From the NCBI GenBank assembly GCA_965238005.1, contig OZ250165.1, positions 4,608,001 through 4,672,000 on the forward strand: a DNA stretch of 64,000 nt. The letters run 5' to 3'. A model generated the notes under the pieces. The model was not told where the DNA came from and made no database searches. It was given only the letters and a program-made list of their open reading frames with translations. Source of the DNA: Longimicrobiales bacterium (GTDB taxonomy: Bacteria; Gemmatimonadota; Gemmatimonadetes; Longimicrobiales; Gaopeijiaceae). A program made the translations under genes and the position numbers. Below are positions 1-8,864 of this stretch, in pieces. The stretch's first letter is position 1, and each line of letters begins with the position of its first letter.

Positions 1-59
1 GATCTTGCCGGCCTACCCGATGGTGAGCTCAGGGTCGAGGGCAGGTAGCTTGCAGACTC

Positions 60-152
60 CTAGTGTTCCGTTTCCAAAGTTCGGGAGCCACCAAGAGGGC
101 CGGATGCACCGTGCCCTCGACTGGCCGAGACACTTTGGTAACGGGACACTAG
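60..152. mobile_element. 93-bp MITE-like element (short form) on the ZIP gene stop codon
   Basis: The ends CTAGTGTTCCGTTTCCAAAGT and (reverse complement) CTAGTGTCCCGTTACCAAAGT form a 21-bp inverted repeat with 2 mismatches. Both arms match those of 59384-59569 in the opposite orientation. Confidence 0.85.
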
Positions 153-1414
153 ACGGCCACGAAGAGGCCGGTGACGTACATGAGGATCAGTCCCGCCACC
201 AGGCCGGCGGCGTTCAGGGGGCCAGTAAGGCCGAACCCACTGTCGGCCATGAGGCTCCGCACGATCACCCAGATCACCTGGATGATGGCTCCCGCGCCGA
301 TGGCGAGGAACAGGACGGTGGCCGTGGGTGAGTAGGAGAAGCCTCCGATCCAAGCTCCCAAAATCGTAGGAAGACCGGCGACCAGTCCGAGGCCGGCCAG
401 CGTCTTGAGGGCCGGACTGGAGCGGGCGAGAGGGGCCACGATCCCCAACCCCTCGGTGGTGTTGTGGAGGAGGAACCCGAAGACGAGAGACGTCCCCAGG
501 GCCACCTCGCCCACGGCGTAGGCGGACCCGACGGCCAGGCCTTCCCCGAGGTTGTGCAGGCCGATCCCCACCGCGATGAGCAGTGATATCCCCAGCGGGC
601 CCGTCGCCTCCTGACCAATCGCCAGGCGACTGAGGGCGTTGATGAGGAGCGGTGTCCCCGCCACCCCCAGGACCACCAGGCCCATCCCCTGGAACGCGGA
701 TGCCACCTGACCCGTGAGCTCCAGGGCTCCCTCCAGCGCGTCCACGCCCAGGAAGAACAGAAGTCCGACCGTGAAGCTCAGGAAGAAGTCGACCCACCGC
801 CGGCTGATCCCCGAGAGGAACGGCAGCCAGAGGAGTCCCAGGAAGACCGGGATCACCCCGACGTAGATACCGAGCAGGGCGAAGGTCATCACGTAGCGCC
901 GGCTGACCTCGGGCGACTGCGTGGCTACGGCGACCTCATACGTGAAGGTGACTCCGGTGGAGCTCATGATCGAGATCTCGAGGGGGTCGCCGTCCACCCA
1001 GGGATACGGGATATCCATGACGGCTTGGTCCAGTCGCCCGATCTCGCGGGACGGCGTGAGCGTGTGCTGCCAGTACGCTTCGTCGACCATGACCTGTGCC
1101 ACCGTCACCGGCTCCGGGCCGCCGTTGACCAAGTACACCCGAACCAGGCCCGGCGAGGGGAAGGCCACGCGCTCGAAGGTCAACTCTTCGACCGGGGGAA
1201 AGGCGGCCCGGAAGACACCGATTGGACCCACGCGCACGAAGATAGCCAGAAACGCGGCCAGGAGGAGGAGGGGGAGAAGGGCTTTGGCGGCTAGGGCCAT
1301 CCGGCCCTGGACCTCTGCGGGCTCCCCAGCCTCGGCGGGCCCCCCGACCTCAGCCGGCCGGGCTCCCTCGGTGTCTGCCAGGCGGACTTCGCCCTCGGGA
1401 CTCGGTGCATCCAC
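149..1414 (-). CDS. ZIP-family divalent metal transporter with N-terminal extracytoplasmic domain
   Basis: ZIP signatures GIGLHNLGEGLAVG and LLHNTTEGLGI, multiple TM helices, and a soluble domain after the first TM. Confidence 0.9.
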   Translation of the reverse strand: MDAPSPEGEVRLADTEGARPAEVGGPAEAGEPAEVQGRMALAAKALLPLLLLAAFLAIFVRVGPIGVFRAAFPPVEELTFERVAFPSPGLVRVYLVNGGPEPVTVAQVMVDEAYWQHTLTPSREIGRLDQAVMDIPYPWVDGDPLEISIMSSTGVTFTYEVAVATQSPEVSRRYVMTFALLGIYVGVIPVFLGLLWLPFLSGISRRWVDFFLSFTVGLLFFLGVDALEGALELTGQVASAFQGMGLVVLGVAGTPLLINALSRLAIGQEATGPLGISLLIAVGIGLHNLGEGLAVGSAYAVGEVALGTSLVFGFLLHNTTEGLGIVAPLARSSPALKTLAGLGLVAGLPTILGAWIGGFSYSPTATVLFLAIGAGAIIQVIWVIVRSLMADSGFGLTGPLNAAGLVAGLILMYVTGLFVAV

Positions 1415-1456
1415 GGTGATTACCTTTTCTCGGATCTCAACAGGCCACGGGACCCG

Positions 1457-2536
1457 TCAAGTCATCGTCCTCGGCTTGACGTCGAAGATCCCCATCCAGC
1501 CCAGCTCCGCGAACTCGCTCTGATGGGCGTGGAACATGTACTTCCCCGGGAGATCGTAGGTGAACTCCAGTACCGCCCGCTCGCCCTGGCAGAGCATGAC
1601 CGTATCCGTCCACTCGTAACGCTCCAGATCGGTGCCGGTTCGGTACAGCCGGAAGAAGTTGCCGTGCAGATGGAGCGAGTTCACCGGATCGAACTCGGTC
1701 ATGTTCATGAGATAGACGCGCACCAGCTCGCCCTGCTGAATCTCGATGGGGTGCTTCTGGTAATGGAAGCCCACCGTGTTCACCGCGTAGACCTCGTTGT
1801 CGCCGTCGAAGTTGGTGTCGAACCCGTTCATCAGCATCACCATCTCGCTGGCCTCCGGCCTCCCCTCCTTGGGGTCGATGATGAACGCGCCGTAGAGGCC
1901 CTTGTGGAGGTGTCGCTTCAGAGGGATGGAGTGGCAGTGGTAGACGTGGAGCCCCATGGGGGCGGCATCGAACTCGTAGAGAAACGTCTCGCCGGGTTCC
2001 ACCACCTCGAAGACACCGTCCATGCCGGCGGCGTGAATGCCGTGGAAGTGGATGGTGTGGGGGTGACTCCCCGCGTTGGTGAAGTGGACCTTGAGGTGGT
2101 CTCCCTCCGTGCAGCGAATGGTGGGACCTGGAACGGTGCCGTTGTAGGTCCAGGCAGCAAAGTAGACACCCGGTGCCACTTCGATCTCCCGGTCGACGGC
2201 CGTGATCTCGTACTCACGTTGGACCTGACCTCCAGGGAGCGTGGTGACGGTCCCATAGTCGAAGTCCTTGAGGAAGGCCGTGGCGTCGAAGATGGACGGA
2301 TCGACGTCACCGCTCGCTCCCATGAGCTCTGGGTCGTGGGGGTGCCCCGGGTTCTCTGTGGCCGTCTCGGCTGCCGCCGCGTTGTTGAGCGCGATCGCTC
2401 CCGTCCCGGCGGCGAGGGTCACCGCCCCGACCATCCCGGAGCGAAGCAGGTCCCGTCGTGACATCCCCGACGGGGATTCCTCGGTCGCCTCTCGGCCATC
2501 GGCAGTCGACGTATGGTCGCCCTGGTCCTTACTCAT
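1457..2536 (-). CDS. Tat-exported two-domain multicopper oxidase (type-1 Cu site in domain 1)
   Basis: SRRDLL Tat motif; Cu motifs HPHTIHFHG, YHCHSIPLKRHLHKGL, SLHLHG and FHAH. Start at ATG 2536 is uncertain. Confidence 0.9.
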   Translation of the reverse strand: MSKDQGDHTSTADGREATEESPSGMSRRDLLRSGMVGAVTLAAGTGAIALNNAAAAETATENPGHPHDPELMGASGDVDPSIFDATAFLKDFDYGTVTTLPGGQVQREYEITAVDREIEVAPGVYFAAWTYNGTVPGPTIRCTEGDHLKVHFTNAGSHPHTIHFHGIHAAGMDGVFEVVEPGETFLYEFDAAPMGLHVYHCHSIPLKRHLHKGLYGAFIIDPKEGRPEASEMVMLMNGFDTNFDGDNEVYAVNTVGFHYQKHPIEIQQGELVRVYLMNMTEFDPVNSLHLHGNFFRLYRTGTDLERYEWTDTVMLCQGERAVLEFTYDLPGKYMFHAHQSEFAELGWMGIFDVKPRTMT

Positions 2537-2551
2537 GTCACACACCGGTTG

Positions 2552-2589
2552 AGTCTACCAAAACATATAAATTAGGACAGCCTAAATTT
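2552..2589 (-). promoter_or_regulatory. Promoter of the MCO-ZIP operon with a DtxR/MntR/SirR-type operator
   Basis: Palindrome TTAGG-ACAG-CCTAA (2572-2585) in AT-rich flanks; extended -10 TGgTAGACT on the minus strand (2560-2552); the operator covers the -35 position. Confidence 0.75.
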
Positions 2590-2621
2590 GACCCTGGGGC
2601 CGTGCACAGTCAAGGCCGTTG

Positions 2622-2649
2622 TTGAAAGTTCCGACAGGCGCAGTAGACT
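2622..2649 (+). promoter_or_regulatory. Candidate sigma70 promoter for hemY
   Basis: TTGAAA-N16-TAGACT upstream of the AGGAG RBS at 2704. Confidence 0.4.
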
Positions 2650-2713
2650 CGGACGGATCTTTTCGCCATCGCGAGAGGCGTCTCGGCACCGAATCTGGAG
2701 ATCAGGAGCCCAG

Positions 2714-3979
2714 TTGATAGGAATCGTCGGGGGAGGCATCTCGGGCCTCGTGCTCGGCCACGAGCTCGTCGGCCTGGGAGCCGATGTCGTGCTATGGGAG
2801 GCGGCCAAGCGGCCTGGTGGTGTCCTCTGGTCCCAGGACTGCGACGGCTTGAAGGTGGAGCTGGGACCACAGAGAGCTCGGCTCACCGCTGGATTCCGGG
2901 AGCTGGTGGAGGCCGTGGGGCTGTCCCAAGAGCTGGTGACGGCTCCGGTGGATCTTCCGCTATTCGTCTACTCGAGAGGGAAGCTCAGGATGGCCCCCCT
3001 GTCCCTGGGGCAGGCCATCGCCACCGACCTGCTGCCGCTGTCGAGCAAAGCCCGCATCCTGATGGAGCCGTTCCGGTCGGGACCACGAGCCGATGAGACG
3101 GCGGGTGCGTTCTTACGGAGGAAGTTCGGGGAGACTGCCTACCGAGAGCTTCTCGGACCCCTCTACGGAGGGCTCTACGGGTCGGACCCAGACCGCATGC
3201 CCACCCGGCACGGGCTGGCACGAACGCTGAAGAACATGGGCGTGGGCCGGAGCATTCTCTGGAGGATGATCAGGACCGGTGGGCGGGCCGATAAAGCTCC
3301 GCCGTGTTCGTTCCACGAGGGCCTGGCTGCCCTACCCCGGGCCCTTCAAGGCCGCTTGGGGGACAGGGTGCGCTTGGACCGCCCGGTGCGCACTCTTCGA
3401 GAGAGCCGCGACGGTTGGGAGGTCGTGCTCGACGGGGAGCCCCCGGTGCGGGTCTCACACGTGCTGCTCACCTGTCCCGCGGATCAGGCGGCAAAGATCG
3501 TCGAGGAGGTTGCCCCCGAAGGAGCGACCACACTCGCCGGAATCCGGTACAACCCGCTGGCGGTCGTGCACATGCGTTCCGGGGCCGACCTCCACGGCCT
3601 CGGATGCCAGGTGGCGTTCGGGGAGCCGTTCGAGACCCGAGGCGTGACGTGGAACCACAGTCTCTTTGGGCGCTCGGGTCTCTACACGGCGTACTTGGGT
3701 GGAATGAAGAACCCGGAGATGGTGGACCGTGCCGACGACGAGATCGGCCGGATCGCCTGCCAGGAATTCGAGACCATCACCGGACACGCGGCCGAGACGC
3801 TCATGGTCTCCCGGACTCGGATGCCTGCCTGGGACGAGAGCTGGGATGCGCTGCCGGCCCTTGACCTACCGGCCGGGCTGCACCTCTGCTCCAACTATTC
3901 GGCCAGGCCGGGCATCGCCGGCCGGATCCTCGAGGCTCAACAGCTGGCCCGGCGGCTCACGGTGGCGGTCAACGGCTGA
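2714..3979 (+). CDS. hemY: FAD-dependent proto/coproporphyrinogen oxidase (HemY type)
   Basis: GIVGGGISGL FAD motif, ELGPQ, GLYGSDP; TTG start at 2714 after AGGAG; adjacent to ferrochelatase. Confidence 0.88.
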   Translation: MIGIVGGGISGLVLGHELVGLGADVVLWEAAKRPGGVLWSQDCDGLKVELGPQRARLTAGFRELVEAVGLSQELVTAPVDLPLFVYSRGKLRMAPLSLGQAIATDLLPLSSKARILMEPFRSGPRADETAGAFLRRKFGETAYRELLGPLYGGLYGSDPDRMPTRHGLARTLKNMGVGRSILWRMIRTGGRADKAPPCSFHEGLAALPRALQGRLGDRVRLDRPVRTLRESRDGWEVVLDGEPPVRVSHVLLTCPADQAAKIVEEVAPEGATTLAGIRYNPLAVVHMRSGADLHGLGCQVAFGEPFETRGVTWNHSLFGRSGLYTAYLGGMKNPEMVDRADDEIGRIACQEFETITGHAAETLMVSRTRMPAWDESWDALPALDLPAGLHLCSNYSARPGIAGRILEAQQLARRLTVAVNG

Positions 3980-3991
3980 GCCCTGTCGTTC

Positions 3992-5032
3992 TCAATCCGC
4001 CGCGTTCAGGCAGAAGGTCGTCGTCGTCGCACGACATAGACAGCGACGCAGTCCTAGCTCTCCCATGATCGGCTCGGGTCGCAGAGCGTCCTCGACCAGG
4101 TCGGCGAGGAGGGCGGCGAAGCGAGGGTCGGCGTGGGGGATGGGGACGCGATGAAGCTCCAGTCCTGCGGCTTCGGCGACCTCCCGGAGCTCGCCGTCGA
4201 GCTCGGCGAGGGTCTCGGACTGCTCGTGCATGAAACTCAGCGGCTCGACCACGATCCGGGCTCCCTCGAGTTCCTTGACGACGTCGTCGATCTCCGGCTC
4301 GGTCCACTTCACGCCTCGGTTCGCGTGGTTCTGGTATCCCATGACGTAGTCGGTGGTGCCCAGCTCTCGGGCGATCATGCGACAGGCCTCCTCGACGTAG
4401 TCCACGTATCGAGGTCCGTCCTCGAGGTACTCGAGTGGCGTGCCGTGCGCCGAGAAAACGAGCCGAGTATCGGCGGCGTGTAGATCGACGCCCTCCTGCC
4501 TGACGAACTCCAAGATGTTGTCCGCCCGGAGCCGCAGGTAGTCGGGGTGGCGGTGCCATCCCGTGATCTCCCGAATCGGGACTTCCCAGTCGAGCTCCTC
4601 GAGGGCGGCATGTACGTCCTCGAGCGCCGCCACGGTGGTCGACATTCCACAGATGGGATAGACCGGAAGGGCTACCAGCTTCTCCACCCCGTCGGAGTGG
4701 GCTTCGTCAACGGCCGCGACGATGGACGGGTCCGTGAACTGCATGCCCGAGTAGCACTTTACGTCGAGCCCTCGCCGCCTGAGTGCGAGCTCGACCACGC
4801 GGACCTGTTGGCGAGCCTGCCGGTTCAGCGGAGATCCGCCGATCTCCTTGTACTCCTCTATCAATCCGGGGGCCCGGGCCTCGGCAAGCTCTCGGGCTCG
4901 TCCCTTGGCCCTGCTCTTGTTCGGCTCCAGCGAGGCGTTCCGAGTGAAGATTCGCTCCAGATAAGGAACGACCTCCTTCAGGCTGGCGTGCTCGGGCTCT
5001 CCGAAGTTGAGGACCAGGACAGCGATCTTCAT
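3992..5032 (-). CDS. hemH: Ferrochelatase
   Basis: VLNFGEP, YKEIGGSPL, LPVYP, VFSAHGTP, WTEP and FMHEQSETLAELD motifs; start MKIAVLVL at 5032. Confidence 0.93.
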   Translation of the reverse strand: MKIAVLVLNFGEPEHASLKEVVPYLERIFTRNASLEPNKSRAKGRARELAEARAPGLIEEYKEIGGSPLNRQARQQVRVVELALRRRGLDVKCYSGMQFTDPSIVAAVDEAHSDGVEKLVALPVYPICGMSTTVAALEDVHAALEELDWEVPIREITGWHRHPDYLRLRADNILEFVRQEGVDLHAADTRLVFSAHGTPLEYLEDGPRYVDYVEEACRMIARELGTTDYVMGYQNHANRGVKWTEPEIDDVVKELEGARIVVEPLSFMHEQSETLAELDGELREVAEAAGLELHRVPIPHADPRFAALLADLVEDALRPEPIMGELGLRRCLCRATTTTFCLNAAD

Positions 5033-5165
5033 GGCTGAATCACCTATGGGTGTGATTGTTTGGCGTCTCGTCGTGATCCCGCCTACCGCTCTACTCCTGC
5101 CGAAAGTAAGGCATCCGGTCGCCGCAGGAACGGGGGACAGGAACTGGGTCGAGAGGTCACGTATC

Positions 5166-5205
5166 TGTACTACGTATGAAGTCACCCTTGTACTACGTAT
5201 GAAGT
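5166..5205. repeat. 17-bp direct repeat TGTACTACGTATGAAGT x2 (23-bp period)
   Basis: Exact copies at 5166-5182 and 5189-5205, upstream of hemH. Confidence 0.9.
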
Positions 5206-5241
5206 GACCTGGAGGGCGTGGTGCAGAGGGACTTGGAGGAA

Positions 5242-5270
5242 AGGGAGGGGCCGATTCCGGACCCCTCCCT
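5242..5270 (-). terminator. GC-rich hairpin downstream of the MoxR operon
   Basis: AGGGAGGGG...CCCCTCCCT stem about 80 bp past the 5349 stop; weak U tract. Confidence 0.55.
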
Positions 5271-5348
5271 CCTCGAGATTCTGCGATGGAAGCTCGGCGT
5301 GTCAGCCAGAACCCTGGTGGACGTGGCGACCGGCCGGGACGTCAGCCA

Positions 5349-8300
5349 TCAGTTGCCAGGGTTCCGCGACAGGGCCTTGTAGTACTCATCCACCAGCCTC
5401 CGGAAGCCCGTGGGGACCTCGTCCGACCCGGAGACGAAGACCCGATCGCGGTCCTCCCCTTCCAGCTCACGACGAAGGCCGAACTCGAGCTGCTTGAGCC
5501 CCTCGATGATCTGTGCCTGGAGTCGCTCGACCTCGGCTACGTCCGAGTAGATGCGCTCACTGTCCAACGCCCTCAGGGCCGCTACAACCTCGTCGAGCTG
5601 ACGGCCGTCGAGCACCTCGAGATCTTCCTGCTCCAAGATTCCCTGAAGCTCCTGGGCCTCTTGGACCCGCTCTCGGATTTCACGGCGGAATTGGCGGATG
5701 TCTCCCGGCGAGACGCTCCTGGGCCGACGGTCCCCTCCACCTCCGTCGGGCGTCCCGAAACCGCCCTGGTCCGAGCCGCCCAGCCGCCGCCCGTCGCCGC
5801 CCTGACCTTCGCCCTGTCCCTGGCCTTGCTGACCCCGCTGTCCCTGGCCCTCCTGCCCCTGGCCTTCGCCCTGGCCTTGTTGGCCTTGCTGACCCTGCTG
5901 CCCCTGGCCTTCCTGGCCTGGTCGTTCGCCTTGCCCCTGCTGGCCTCGATCACCTCGCTCCCCGAGGCGTCGTGAAATGGACTCCATGCCTCGAACCAGA
6001 TCCCGGGTGCGGTCGAGGGCTTCGGCCCGGCGATCGTCCTCCGGCTCGCCCACGGCTCCGACCGCCTGCTCGAGGCGATCCTCGAGCTCGTCCAGCCCCC
6101 GCTGCGTCTCGGCCTCGAATTCGCGCGTGTAGTCCTGGTCACCGGTTCCGATGAGACCTCTCGAGTAGCGCACGCGCTCCTTGAGCTTGTTGTCCCGGAT
6201 GGAGTTGGCGGCCTCCCTCAGCCCTTCGGCGGCCTCTCGTTGGCTCGAACGCGCGTCGGCGCTCAGGCGATCGATCTGGCCTTCGAGGTCCGTGAGCTCC
6301 TCGGTCATGGCCTCCTTGCGCTCGAACAGGCGTCTGGCCGACTCCTGGAGGGCCGCGCCTTCCAGCTCGTTGAGACGATCCATCTGCCTCTGGATCTCGC
6401 GTTGCTCGTCGGACAGCTCCTCTGCCCGCCGAAGGGCGTCCTCGCCGTCCTCACGCAAGCGGTCGACACGGTTCCGCTCCAGACGACGGCGGGCCTCCTC
6501 CAGTCTGTCGAGGGCGGAGGTGGCGTCCGCTGTGCCCGCGTTCCCGCTCGATGCGGCCGAGCGGCGCATACCGTCGGCGGCCTGCTGAAGCTGTCTGGAG
6601 GCCTCCATCAGCCGCTGGTCGTTGGTCTCCCGGGCAAGCCGCTCCAGCTGACGGGCGGCCTCCTCCGTTTCCTCGGCGAGCTGACGCTGACCCCGCGCGG
6701 ACGCTCCTCCGCCACCTTGCTGGGCGGCCGCACGCCGTTGGCGCTCCGCCTGCTGCTGCTGGCGCCTGGAAAGGTCCTTCAGCTTCTCGAGGGTCTCGTC
6801 GAGCTGCTCGGTCCTCTGCTGGCGCTCGCCCCGTGCCAGGGTCTCGTACTGGTTCTTGAGCTTGTCGAGCTCGAGCTCGAAGAGGTCCGCCAGATCCTCG
6901 GCGGATGCACCCGCCCCTCCGCCCCCACCCTGCTGCCCTCCCTGGGTGACGACGGCTTCGTACGTCTCCTCGGCCTTCTGCAAGTGGAGGAGGGCCTTCT
7001 GTTCCGGCGAGATGGCCTCCCTGGGCTCACCGTGCTCAAGGATCCTCTCGGCGTTCTCCATCTCCTCGATGGCTTTGGGAAGGAGCTCCGCGATGCGCCG
7101 GAACTGTGGGTCCGCCCCCATCCCGCGAGCCACGAGACGCTCCTGTAGCCCCGCCACCTGCTCACGGACGCGAGCCTGGGCCAGTCGAACGCTGACCACG
7201 TTCTCCTTGAACTCGCTTTCGGGGAGCTCCTCTTTGTCCCGGACGAGGTTGAAGGTGGCCGCCACGATCTGCCGCTGGAGGTCCGAGAGGCCTCGCTCGT
7301 CCATTTGGCCGCCACCCCCGCCGCCACCGGCTTGCTGCCCCTGGCGGTAGTCGATGCGGAAAGGACGGATCTGCACGAAGTAGATGTCACTGGTGACCGT
7401 GCGGACGCCGCTGGACCGGTTGTTGTCCTTAGCCTGGGCGTAGTATGATACCAGATCGCCGGGCTCGAGCTCGAGCTCCTCCAGGTAGAGGGTATGTCCT
7501 GCCGTGACCTCGGGCATGGGCTGGCTGTCGTACAGGGAGATGGTGTCTTCGGGCTCCCCGTTCACCGAGTAGATCAGGGCCAGCTCGGATATACCGAAGT
7601 CGTCGTCGGCCTTGGCCTCCAGGAACAACTCCTCGATGGGGCTCGCCCTTGTATCCCGTCCGGGCTTGGAGAACGACACCGAGGGCGGCTGGTCGGTCAG
7701 GACGTCGATGGTGTACTTGGGCGACGCGGGGACCAGCTCGCCGTCCGCCCGGGCCAGCTCGATCTCGTAGTATCCCTCACGCTCCACCCTGAGGCTGCCC
7801 AACCACGTCCCGTCTCCGACGTCGCTGAGCTCTGCAGGGTCCCCGTTCAGCAACAGACGCCCACCCGGCGTGAGCATGGTGGGGAAGATCTTCACCTTTA
7901 CCTGCGTCCCCTCGAGGGCGGCGATGTCGCCTCTTCCCTCTACGGTGCGCGGTGCGAGGCCCGTGTAGGGCGGGAAGTGGTACTCCAGCTCGAGACGGTC
8001 CACATACGGCAGGTCGGCCACTTCGATGCGATGGGTGTCCGATCGGATGCCGGAGGACTCCACGAAGTACTCGGTGTTCTCGTCAAGGCCGAGGAGGAGG
8101 AGCTCGAATCGGTCTGCCTCGTCCGGAAGCATGGAGAGCCGGTCGAACACGTCCGACGACTCGGACTTGAAGAAAACCTGGACCTCGTCGCTCGCGAACC
8201 CGAAGAGCTGGGCGACCACGAGCTGATCGGATCCCCGGGCGATGGTCACGTCGCCCGGTTCCACCGTGATGGAGTAGGGGTTCACCGTACCCGCGTCCCG

Positions 8301-8864
8301 GGTCGGGAAGAGGAGGGCGGAGGCGCCGTGGCGGAGCTGGACCGGTCCCAGGAGCATGAGAGCAAGCGTGGCGAAGGCGGCGGCGGACAAGGCTCCGGAC
8401 GCCCGGTAGAGCCCCTTCTGCTCGATCCCTCGACCGTAGTCGATCTTCCGGGCTCGGTCCAGGGCATTGTCGACGAGACGACCCTCGAGAGCCTCAGACG
8501 TGTTCGCGCCACCGCTTCCGGCCTCCAGGGCGCTCAACACGGCGATCTCGAGGGAGGGCTCGTTCTCCTCCAGGTAGAGGGCCGCCTGCTCGTCGGAGAC
8601 CCGGCGCGCGAGGGGCCAGGCGAGGAAGCGGGCCACGAGCCCGGATACCGCGAGCCAAAGGAGGATCCGGAGGGATACCACGGCCGGAGCGCTGAATCGC
8701 AAAAGCTCGAGGCCATATACCGAGATCAGAAACGCTGCGAGGCTCGCGCCCAGCACGATAGCCATGCCGCGCACTGCGATGCGCGCACGCCAACGGCGCC
8801 GAATCCGTTGGACGACACGAAGGACCTCTGCGTGGCGGATGGCCCTATGCCTTCCGTGGTACAT
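5349..8864 (-). CDS. Large membrane-anchored coiled-coil protein (DUF4175-like) with Ig-like domains and a Q/G-rich tract
   Basis: Three N-terminal TMs, DQPPSVSF and ADDDFGI beta-sandwich motifs, a long helical C-half, and C-terminal VPTGFRRLVDEYYKAL. Confidence 0.8.
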   Translation of the reverse strand: MYHGRHRAIRHAEVLRVVQRIRRRWRARIAVRGMAIVLGASLAAFLISVYGLELLRFSAPAVVSLRILLWLAVSGLVARFLAWPLARRVSDEQAALYLEENEPSLEIAVLSALEAGSGGANTSEALEGRLVDNALDRARKIDYGRGIEQKGLYRASGALSAAAFATLALMLLGPVQLRHGASALLFPTRDAGTVNPYSITVEPGDVTIARGSDQLVVAQLFGFASDEVQVFFKSESSDVFDRLSMLPDEADRFELLLLGLDENTEYFVESSGIRSDTHRIEVADLPYVDRLELEYHFPPYTGLAPRTVEGRGDIAALEGTQVKVKIFPTMLTPGGRLLLNGDPAELSDVGDGTWLGSLRVEREGYYEIELARADGELVPASPKYTIDVLTDQPPSVSFSKPGRDTRASPIEELFLEAKADDDFGISELALIYSVNGEPEDTISLYDSQPMPEVTAGHTLYLEELELEPGDLVSYYAQAKDNNRSSGVRTVTSDIYFVQIRPFRIDYRQGQQAGGGGGGGQMDERGLSDLQRQIVAATFNLVRDKEELPESEFKENVVSVRLAQARVREQVAGLQERLVARGMGADPQFRRIAELLPKAIEEMENAERILEHGEPREAISPEQKALLHLQKAEETYEAVVTQGGQQGGGGGAGASAEDLADLFELELDKLKNQYETLARGERQQRTEQLDETLEKLKDLSRRQQQQAERQRRAAAQQGGGGASARGQRQLAEETEEAARQLERLARETNDQRLMEASRQLQQAADGMRRSAASSGNAGTADATSALDRLEEARRRLERNRVDRLREDGEDALRRAEELSDEQREIQRQMDRLNELEGAALQESARRLFERKEAMTEELTDLEGQIDRLSADARSSQREAAEGLREAANSIRDNKLKERVRYSRGLIGTGDQDYTREFEAETQRGLDELEDRLEQAVGAVGEPEDDRRAEALDRTRDLVRGMESISRRLGERGDRGQQGQGERPGQEGQGQQGQQGQQGQGEGQGQEGQGQRGQQGQGQGEGQGGDGRRLGGSDQGGFGTPDGGGGDRRPRSVSPGDIRQFRREIRERVQEAQELQGILEQEDLEVLDGRQLDEVVAALRALDSERIYSDVAEVERLQAQIIEGLKQLEFGLRRELEGEDRDRVFVSGSDEVPTGFRRLVDEYYKALSRNPGN

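Noticed and set aside
1457..2536. Copper nitrite reductase (nirK) call
   Set aside because: It retains HxH pairs in all four Cu motifs, as in trinuclear-site two-domain MCOs, and its context is metal transport rather than denitrification.
2588..2613. TTGAC-N16-GTCAA as an FNR/CRP site
   Set aside because: The spacing does not fit TTGAT-N4-ATCAA; it may be chance.
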